In this document: piece by piece, positions 18,511 to 26,800 of the stretch
Layout of the letters: each line of letters starts with the position of its first letter
Position numbering within the stretch: the first letter of the stretch is position 1
Source of the DNA: a virus
Strand: one strand, 5' to 3'
Virus record (IMG/VR): IMGVR_UViG_3300020411_000003
Length of the DNA: 64,000 nt
The notes under the pieces: generated by a model
What the model saw: the letters and a program-made list of their open reading frames with translations, nothing else
Database searches by the model: none
Told to the model about the DNA's origin: nothing
Program-made: the position numbers and the translations under genes

Positions 18511-18834
18511 TTAGGAAGTTGTTTCTTCAACACCGTAAGCAGAGATACTCACGCCAGTTGTGTCTGAGAAAGCAACAAGTTTCTTACCCGTTTGCATGGC
18601 GAATCCCGTTCTTTCAAGAACTCCATATCCTCCAATCTCAGCATTGTACTCAACATACTCAGCAGCAGTTGGTGTATCAGCAGCCGCAATAGCGACTCTT
18701 ACATCAACTGGGGTTGCATTAGTATTAACAATGTTGAAATTACAATATGCTACTGTACTTGCTGGTACAGTATATATTGTTGTTAATGTGTTTGCGGCTA
18801 GGGATGCTTGAGTCCCCAAAATTCCAGAAGCCAT
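18511..18834 (-). CDS. Small virion structural protein
   Basis: 107-aa beta-rich ORF (TIYTVPA...N.VN...VRVAI), similar to the duplicated domains of 4717-5850. Confidence 0.7.
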   Translation of the reverse strand: MASGILGTQASLAANTLTTIYTVPASTVAYCNFNIVNTNATPVDVRVAIAAADTPTAAEYVEYNAEIGGYGVLERTGFAMQTGKKLVAFSDTTGVSISAYGVEETTS

Positions 18835-18873
18835 TTATCTATTCTCCGTGTAGCAGATGTAGTGGTTATATGA

Positions 18874-18881
18874 TATTTATA
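18874..18881 (-). promoter_or_regulatory. T4-type late promoter TATAAATA
   Basis: Exact match in the intergenic gap upstream of 18834. Confidence 0.75.
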
Positions 18882-18891
18882 AAGTGGGGGA

Positions 18892-21800
18892 TCAAACAGA
18901 CCCTGCCCAGAAGACGTATCCTTTAGTCGTACGTGTTGTATCGACGTAAGTCTTAACAGCACGTTGTGTAGGAACTTTTTGGTTTGAGTTAGCAGAAAGT
19001 GTAACGTCAGAAGAGAATTCTGTGATACTTTCACCCAACTGAGCACCGATAGAACCCAATCTCAAGGATGACAGACCAGATAGGTCAAAGGATGATGCGT
19101 TCAATGTAGTTGAACCAGTTGCCTGGTTGACCTTGAAGTAACGTCCAACAGTGAAGTTACCATCTTGGTCTGTTGATACAAAGAATACACGTCCTGGGAA
19201 GTCCTCAGTAACTTCATTACCTGGTGCTGGATCCACTAATGGATCTCCAGGCCAGTTAGTTTGTATTTTGTTTCCTGTACCTAAGTCTAGGAAGTCATGA
19301 CCAGTTAGACGAACCTGACTGTAACCATATCTGATCTTATAGTCCTGTCCATCAAAGGTTCTTGTAGGTTTCTCAGCAGCAAGAACAATTAGTGCAGTAC
19401 CAGTTGTATCTGTCTGTGAGTTTGTCACCTGCATGAACTCATTATCAATCTTGATGTAGTCGTTGATATTGAAACCAGAAGCATCAGTGATACGGATATC
19501 TGTCTGAGAGTTATTAATATCTCTCAAGGTATCTGTCTGATCGACAACTTTAATTTCAATAGCACGAACTGAATCGCCACTGGTATGAGCAGTAGCATTA
19601 GTTCCTTCAACTCCACGAGTAACATCCATAGATGTTGCTGTTGGGAATGAAGTGATTGACATCATTTCATCATTGATAATACAATATGCTCCGATTGAGA
19701 ATCCACTAATTGTATTAACATAGATTGTTGTGTCTGAAGCACTGTTAACAGCAGAACTCAAGTTAGTAGCACCACCGTACTGATATCTGGTAATTAATTC
19801 CAAACCATCATGTGCAGCAGCTGCACTACCTAGAAGTCCTCTAGTAGCAGTCAAGTTACCTCTTCCAGCAGGAGCAGTGTAAGAAGAGTTAGCAATAACG
19901 AATGTAAATGGTTCTTCACCAAGTCCACCAGCACCAGTAACGAATTCAACTGAACCACCTGGAACAGGAGCAGATCCTCTACCAGTTATGGCAAGTACGA
20001 ATCCATTCTGTCCACCGACAGCATCAGCATTGTTAACTAGGTTACCTTGAACTCCAGAAGTTTGACCATCAATAACTTCGTTTTGTACGAATGTTCCTTT
20101 GAAAGGTCTATAAAGAATCTTAGAAACACCTGCTTGTACTGAGATGATTTCTCCCACAGCACCAGATGTTAATCCGATAACTCTTTCACCTGTCAACCAA
20201 ATACCATCGGTTGCACCAGGAACGATTGTTGATTCATCATATTCAAGTGATAAACCATCGATCTTACCATCGAGAGTTGTTTCATTAGTATCGAATCCAG
20301 AAGAAACAATACCGTATGTACCCCAAGAACTGTTACCAGCAAGAGATCTGATTCTTCCACCTCTGGTAGAAGCATAAGAAACATGACAGTAGTAAGTGAA
20401 GCAAGATACAATTTCAGCACCTGCCTTGTTAGTACACCAGAAACCAACTCCACCATCTTCGTGGATTTGTGTCCAAGAGTCAAACACCATTGTTTTGTTT
20501 GATCTATTATCAAACGTAACAGCATTTGCAGAAGCACTTACAAATGTATGTGCATACTGATCAGCAGGAGCAGCAATACCTACGTTAACTGTAATAGTTG
20601 TTGCATCTGCTGCGGTGATTAGAAGTTCCTTACCAAATGCAGGGTCAGTTGTACGTGGATATGCATGGTTAGATGCACCACCGTTCTTAGTACAATTGAA
20701 TGTAATAGATGCTTGTGCTAACTGAATACTAGATCCAGTAGTAAGTCCATGACCTGAACCAAGAGTAAGAGTTAAATCACCAGTCGAAGGATTGTAAGTA
20801 GCACCAGTTGGTGTAAACTGTGCGGTATTATCCCACTTAGCGTGAACGTCACCATCAATAACAGCACCAACACCTGTTGCACCGAAGCAAGAACAGTTAG
20901 AGACATAAGGTGATCTCTTAATTGGTGAGTTAGGATCTAGACGTACATAAACACCACCAATTGTAGCAGTGTTAAGATCTTTAGGATCAGACAAAGAAGG
21001 AACGAATCCAACCATTCCGTCCATAACCATGTCCTTAAGCATAGTGGTGCTTCCTAGCATCCACATAGTTAAGTTTTCGTTGTTGATAGGTGTTACACTA
21101 CTGATAGCGATATCTGTAGCACCTGCTTCATATGTGTCTGAAGTTGTCCAGAGGTTAGCATTAGCTTCTCTAGTTACACTTCCAAGTCCTGAAGATAATC
21201 CAGTTGTTGCAACTGTAACTAATGTGTTAATAGCAGCATCTTGAACAACACAGGTTGCCTGTCCATAATTATTGATATCTGTAATAGTCTCGTTCTTAAC
21301 CTGACCTAATCCATGTGTACCTTGTACAGTAATGGTTGTATTGTTAATTACATCTTGAGCAAGAGGAGTAAAGTATCCTAAGACAGAAACAACTTCTGCT
21401 TCGTTACCATTCCAGTAGTTAGTAGTAATCCAATCATCAACTGTATCATAAACACGGTCGTTACCACCATAACCTAAGTTAGCAGTGATATCCTGAACAA
21501 GAGTAGCAAGTTTGCTCTCAAATACAGAAGCATCTCCACCAGGAGGGTTAGTAATAGTAACACCACCAGCAGCAGCTTGTGCAATAGTTTCTTTGACAAG
21601 GAACTGTGTGTTAGATGTTAATAAGTTATATGCGTCACCAGTTTTGTTATTAACAAATCCATCGGTCTGAACATAAATGTCAGAACCACCTTCTCTAACG
21701 TCAATAACTTCACCAGTCTTACTTCCATCACCAGATGTGATACTAGAACCAAGAACTCTATACTGAGCATCAGGTACTTGTGCAAGAGTAAGTTTAACAA

Positions 21801-22983
21801 CACTTGAAGGTTCACCAGCTCTTGCTTGAATCCTTGAGGTTCTTAGGTTATCACCAACGATACCTACACCTTCAGGAACCCTCATTGGAAGGATTTCGTT
21901 ATATGTACCTGCTTTAACGTAAATTGTTGCAGGACCAGTTACATTATCTACAGCGTGACGAACTGTTTTCCATGCTGCTGTAATACTATTACCAGCATTA
22001 AGGTCAGAACCTTCTGGAGTAACATAATAAACTTTATGTGTAACGTGACTCTCTTTCCATGATGGATATCCTGTTGAGTCAACAGTTAAAACTTTATTCT
22101 CTGTACCAATAGGCAATCTAGCAGGACCAGCACCACCTTGATAAAGAACGTCACCAGATGTTGTTAGAACGTTTGCTGATGCTCCTTCTGCTAATGAATT
22201 CCAATATGTACCATTAGTATCTGTTTCTGGAGCCTGTGCAGAGTTTTCTGTAACACAAATATGTGAGTTACTATTTCTAGTAACAGCATCACCTGGATAA
22301 TAAGTTGTACCTACATCCCAAGTACCTCTCCATGTGAATCCTCCAACAATGAAATCCCAATCACTTGGATTACTGGAAGGAGAACTATTAATGTTTGTTG
22401 TTTTAGCAACGTAAGAGTTACCACCTAAGAGAACAACATCACCTGGAGCATATGTTGTAGTAGAATTCCAGTTACCAACAACCTTGAAACCTGTGGTTAG
22501 GATATCCCACTGGACACCGATACCGTTATTTGGCTGAATAGCGGTACTAGTTTGAAGAGCGATGTATGAATAACCACCGTATGTTACGATGTCACCTTTC
22601 TGATACTCTGTGGCAGAATCCCAAGTATCTTCAAACTTAAGACCATCCAAGTAGGCAGAGAACTTAGCAGGATCGAAAGTTGCCGTTGATGTGTGAGGAG
22701 TAGTAGTTCGATAAAGAACGTTACCGTATTTTACGATATCATTGTTTTTATAGAACGTAGTAGCAGCCCATTCACCAGCATTGTAAATCCCTTCGGTGTG
22801 AAGCGACCAACTTCCAGCGTCAGTTCCGTACCATTGAGATGCCGTCGAAACCGATGTGTGGTTTACGGTAGCAACATAAGTGTTAGCACCAAATTTAACA
22901 ATGTCATCGATGACATAAGCAGTGTTAGCTGCCCAGTCACCTCGCCAGTTAAATTTTAGTCTTCCAAGTCTAAAATCTGCCAT
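18892..22983 (-). CDS. Tail fibre / receptor-binding protein with N-terminal Trp/Tyr carbohydrate-binding-like repeats
   Basis: About five repeats of G.W...T.Y...D.V.YGG..Y, followed by a pectin-lyase-like segment (ATIYVKAGTYNE.LP..VP). Confidence 0.75.
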   Translation of the reverse strand: MADFRLGRLKFNWRGDWAANTAYVIDDIVKFGANTYVATVNHTSVSTASQWYGTDAGSWSLHTEGIYNAGEWAATTFYKNNDIVKYGNVLYRTTTPHTSTATFDPAKFSAYLDGLKFEDTWDSATEYQKGDIVTYGGYSYIALQTSTAIQPNNGIGVQWDILTTGFKVVGNWNSTTTYAPGDVVLLGGNSYVAKTTNINSSPSSNPSDWDFIVGGFTWRGTWDVGTTYYPGDAVTRNSNSHICVTENSAQAPETDTNGTYWNSLAEGASANVLTTSGDVLYQGGAGPARLPIGTENKVLTVDSTGYPSWKESHVTHKVYYVTPEGSDLNAGNSITAAWKTVRHAVDNVTGPATIYVKAGTYNEILPMRVPEGVGIVGDNLRTSRIQARAGEPSSVVKLTLAQVPDAQYRVLGSSITSGDGSKTGEVIDVREGGSDIYVQTDGFVNNKTGDAYNLLTSNTQFLVKETIAQAAAGGVTITNPPGGDASVFESKLATLVQDITANLGYGGNDRVYDTVDDWITTNYWNGNEAEVVSVLGYFTPLAQDVINNTTITVQGTHGLGQVKNETITDINNYGQATCVVQDAAINTLVTVATTGLSSGLGSVTREANANLWTTSDTYEAGATDIAISSVTPINNENLTMWMLGSTTMLKDMVMDGMVGFVPSLSDPKDLNTATIGGVYVRLDPNSPIKRSPYVSNCSCFGATGVGAVIDGDVHAKWDNTAQFTPTGATYNPSTGDLTLTLGSGHGLTTGSSIQLAQASITFNCTKNGGASNHAYPRTTDPAFGKELLITAADATTITVNVGIAAPADQYAHTFVSASANAVTFDNRSNKTMVFDSWTQIHEDGGVGFWCTNKAGAEIVSCFTYYCHVSYASTRGGRIRSLAGNSSWGTYGIVSSGFDTNETTLDGKIDGLSLEYDESTIVPGATDGIWLTGERVIGLTSGAVGEIISVQAGVSKILYRPFKGTFVQNEVIDGQTSGVQGNLVNNADAVGGQNGFVLAITGRGSAPVPGGSVEFVTGAGGLGEEPFTFVIANSSYTAPAGRGNLTATRGLLGSAAAAHDGLELITRYQYGGATNLSSAVNSASDTTIYVNTISGFSIGAYCIINDEMMSITSFPTATSMDVTRGVEGTNATAHTSGDSVRAIEIKVVDQTDTLRDINNSQTDIRITDASGFNINDYIKIDNEFMQVTNSQTDTTGTALIVLAAEKPTRTFDGQDYKIRYGYSQVRLTGHDFLDLGTGNKIQTNWPGDPLVDPAPGNEVTEDFPGRVFFVSTDQDGNFTVGRYFKVNQATGSTTLNASSFDLSGLSSLRLGSIGAQLGESITEFSSDVTLSANSNQKVPTQRAVKTYVDTTRTTKGYVFWAGSV

Positions 22984-22994
22984 TTGTTTTTCCT

Positions 22995-23399
22995 TTACTT
23001 AGGTCCCTCGGTTGTATAATCGTAAGTTTCATTAAAACGAACAGTAAAATATCCGTTATCATCTATAAAGTAGGTTACTTTTCTACTGTCAAATCTGTAT
23101 TGTTGATATTGATCTTGTGGATGATTCACATATGATTTAGATTCTGTAGTTTCTTCTACGTAATCTGTCATTCCAGTTGCAATATCTAGGTACGGAGTAC
23201 CGTCTTTACGATGGAAAGTTACTACATCGTCATCAATACTTCTGATTTTAGTGTAGTTAAGCATGCCATCAGCATCTCTGCTTAAAGCATGTATGGTGAA
23301 ATCGTTTCCAAGATCATAGTTGTTGCTGGCAAAACCGCCACCACCACCGCCAGTGCTAGTGCCACCGCCTCTAAAACTATCGCTAATGTACATTGTCAT
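22995..23399 (-). CDS. Hypothetical virion-associated protein
   Basis: Start moved to the ATG at 23399, which overlaps the upstream stop (ATGA); N-terminal Gly tract. Confidence 0.7.
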   Translation of the reverse strand: MTMYISDSFRGGGTSTGGGGGGFASNNYDLGNDFTIHALSRDADGMLNYTKIRSIDDDVVTFHRKDGTPYLDIATGMTDYVEETTESKSYVNHPQDQYQQYRFDSRKVTYFIDDNGYFTVRFNETYDYTTEGPK

Positions 23400-23857
23400 G
23401 TGACAATAACCCTCCAGTAAACTCCTTCCCAAATAAGTTGAACACCTGCGCCTTTAACGTCAAATACCAGTGGCGATGAAATTACACCAAACGTATTTTG
23501 AAATTGTCGTCCGATAGGGTCCGTCAGAGTAACATTATTTATATCCCAACTAAACTTTACATCAATAAACTCAATTACGTCTCCAGACTTAGGGACTAAT
23601 TGATTATTGTAAAGTGGAAGTGTTAACGAGAGAGGACCGTTAGATGAATCAACGAGATAACGAAGGCTTGTTCCTAGAGTTTGATTAGAATTAATATATT
23701 CCCATCGTGCTCTAAAAACGTCAAATCCACCAGTGGTGGTTCCGTCATGAATGACGGCCATATTTTTATCAGTATCAATCGTCAGTTCACCTTGCGCACC
23801 AGTAAAAAGTGCATGTTCAGCTGTAGTACCTCTTCGGAATTGAACCTGAGTTGTCAT
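23396..23857 (-). CDS. Protein with a major tropism determinant N-terminal-like domain
   Basis: MTTQVQFRRGTTAEH..FTGA.GELTIDTDK..AVIHDG.T.GG resembles Mtd_N; a fibre-associated domain follows. Confidence 0.75.
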   Translation of the reverse strand: MTTQVQFRRGTTAEHALFTGAQGELTIDTDKNMAVIHDGTTTGGFDVFRARWEYINSNQTLGTSLRYLVDSSNGPLSLTLPLYNNQLVPKSGDVIEFIDVKFSWDINNVTLTDPIGRQFQNTFGVISSPLVFDVKGAGVQLIWEGVYWRVIVT

Positions 23858-23891
23858 CAGTGATTATTCGATACCAAGTATATTTATGAGA

Positions 23892-23899
23892 TATTTATA
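23892..23899 (-). promoter_or_regulatory. T4-type late promoter TATAAATA (with a CATAAATA variant at 23881-23888)
   Basis: Exact match immediately after the stop at 23900. Confidence 0.75.
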
Positions 23900-26800
23900 T
23901 TAGATGATCCAACCATAAGATCTTGGTGGTGCAACTTGTATGCGTCTTGTGTCAGCATCACCAACGTGTAGAATAATTCCACCTTCGGATACAAATCTCT
24001 GATAAGGTGCAATAACTGTAGTTGAAACGTCAATCTCAATTGGGCAGTGTCCGTCGTAACTGAAGACACGGAGGACTTCTGCACTTGAGAGAGAAGGTAT
24101 GTTGCCTGAACCAACAAATGCCTTGACAATAAGAGGAACATTGTCCTCTTCGAAGACATCGATTCTTCCTGTACCCTCTTCGATTCTTGTGATACTGGAA
24201 GCAGATTCTCCATAAATTTGTGCGGAACCTTCTCCAACATATCCTTTCCTTGTGAAGGATTCTGCACCTGATCCTCTGACCTCGACAGTAACATCTGTAA
24301 GAATGTTTCTTGTAACTGCCTGTCTTGCAACACCCAAGAAGTCGAAGATTGCAACATTCTCGACTGCAATTGCTCTGGATTCGGATGCATTGTTCCATGT
24401 GAAGAATGATCCAGTTCCAACTGTGACTCTTGTTCTTGGAGTATCCGCAGCACCAAATACATGTACAACTCCATAGAGTTCTGGAGAGAATGTAATTGTT
24501 TCTGCTGCACCAGAGAAGTTGTATAGATTTCCAAATCCTGAGTATGCTTCTGTATGTTTCTCGTCTGCAACACCAGAAATAGTAAGATTGACTTGAGAAG
24601 TCCAGTCAAATGTGCGACGTTCAATACTAGTGACGAAGTTGAATAGATTTCCGAATCCAACTTCTGCGTATGTTGTTGCTTCCTCTGCACGACCCTTGAA
24701 TGTAAAGAGTCCTGTTGCTTCTGGTACAACTCCAACACTTTCCGAAGCACCAGAGAATGCAAAGAGTGTACCAAATACAATCTCTCTTCTGACAACAACC
24801 TGACTTGAAACACCACCAATAGAGAATAGTGCGGTAGTCTCGTCTGGGTTGACAGTGAAACTCTCTGAAGCACCACTGATGTTGAAGATACGTCCTTCTC
24901 CAACAAAGTCCTTTGCAATACGTTCGGATGTATCGACATCGACGTAGATAGTACCAGAACCAATATTGTTTGGTGTAAATCTCTCGAATGCCTCTCCAGT
25001 AATATCGAGTGGTACTGGTACTTCGTCTGGACTCCATACAACATTTTCTGTTGCCCTTGTGCCACCAATAGAGAATAGTAACTGTCTCTCTTCTGGATTG
25101 AAGGTAACACTTTCGGATGCACCACTGATATTGAAGATGCGTCCTTCTCCAATAAAGATTTTGGTACGAGAGAATGTTGAAGTAACATCGATTGTTGTAG
25201 TACCAGAACCAATCCAGTTTGGAATGTACTTGACACTTGCTGTACCACGTACTTTGGATTCGATGGTGAATCTTTCGCTGAAGGTTTGTTTGAATGAACC
25301 AAACCCTTTGAACACCATGTCTGCCTGGAATTCTGGCAGAACGAATGTAACAGACTCTGATGCACCACTGATACTGAAGATTCGACCTTCGCCAACCCAA
25401 ACCTTCGTCTTGGATGAAGTACCAGCACCATAGATATCGACTTCGATTCTTGGTTGCTCTGCAAATGTGAGGATTGGTTCTGTAACTTCTCCAAAGATTT
25501 GAAGATTTGCTTGACCAATCTCTCTGTATGTGGCACTGATACCTGCTTTCTCTGGACGGAATGCAATATCTGCTTGGAATGCAGGTATCTTGATTGTAAT
25601 AGCTTCGTCTGCTGCTCCAATAGAGAACAGTCCACCTTCTCCAAAGTGAATATCGACGTTGACAACAATCGCATCTCCACTGAGATAGATGTCTCCAAGT
25701 GGTTGTTCTGCGAATGTAAGTAGTGGATCCGCAATCTCTCCAAAGACTGTGAACGAACCAAATCCAATATTGCCACCAAAGGTGAAGCTCTGAGTGACAG
25801 CACCCTTGAGAACTGCGTCTGCTGTAAACTCTGGAAGTTTGAGAGTAAAGGATTCTGCTGCACCACCAACAGAGAAGACCTGACCATCTCCTGTGTAAGC
25901 GTGTGTCCTGAGAATATCTGCTTGACCGTATACTTCTGTACGACCAAATGGTTGCTCTGCGAATGTAAGTATTGCAGGACTTGCTGTTCCACGTACTTCT
26001 GTGTGAACCAGACCAGCAATAGCAATTGCACGACTCTCGTCGAGACGACCTGTAAAGTCGAATAGTGCTCCAAGTTCGAGTGGGTTGAATGTAACCGCTT
26101 CGACTGCACCACTGAAGTTGAAGATTCGACCTTCGCCAGTCCAATGCTTCGTAATAAGTGGTACGACAGAAACGTTGAATATCTCTGTATGAGATTGACC
26201 AACCCAATCGTCTGTCTGTCTTTCGATTGCAGTACCAGAAAGATCGATATCGACAGTAAACTGTTCTGAAGCAGTAAACTTCTGACTTGCAAGTCCACCA
26301 AATGTAAGATCTGCTTGGAATGCAGGTATGTCGATTGTAATCGCTTCTGCACTCTGACCAATAGTGAATAGGTTTCCAGATCCATGGAAGTGGAGACTGA
26401 AACTTTCGGCCGCAGTACCAGAAACATCTGTAACAACGAATCTGAATACGTCTGATACAACTGCCTCTTGACAAGTACCAGATAGTTCCATATGAGCAGA
26501 ACCAACTTCTGCTGTGATGAACTTGAGATCTGTGTAACCACCAGCAAACTTGAATAATGGTGGTGTTGTTGGAGGAATAACAACAGTACATTCTGCTGCA
26601 CCACTCCAAGTCCAAAGTGTTGGATCGTTGGTAACCCACTGAGGTGGTACACGAACTTCTCCTTCGGCACGAATCTTGATCGCATGATCCCATTCGGTAG
26701 CATCCGATATAAAGATCTTGGTCTGAGAATCGTGTGCAAGAGAAGTAAAGCTGACAAGTTTTCCAAATGGGTATTCGGAAACTTTTGTACGGATGGAACT

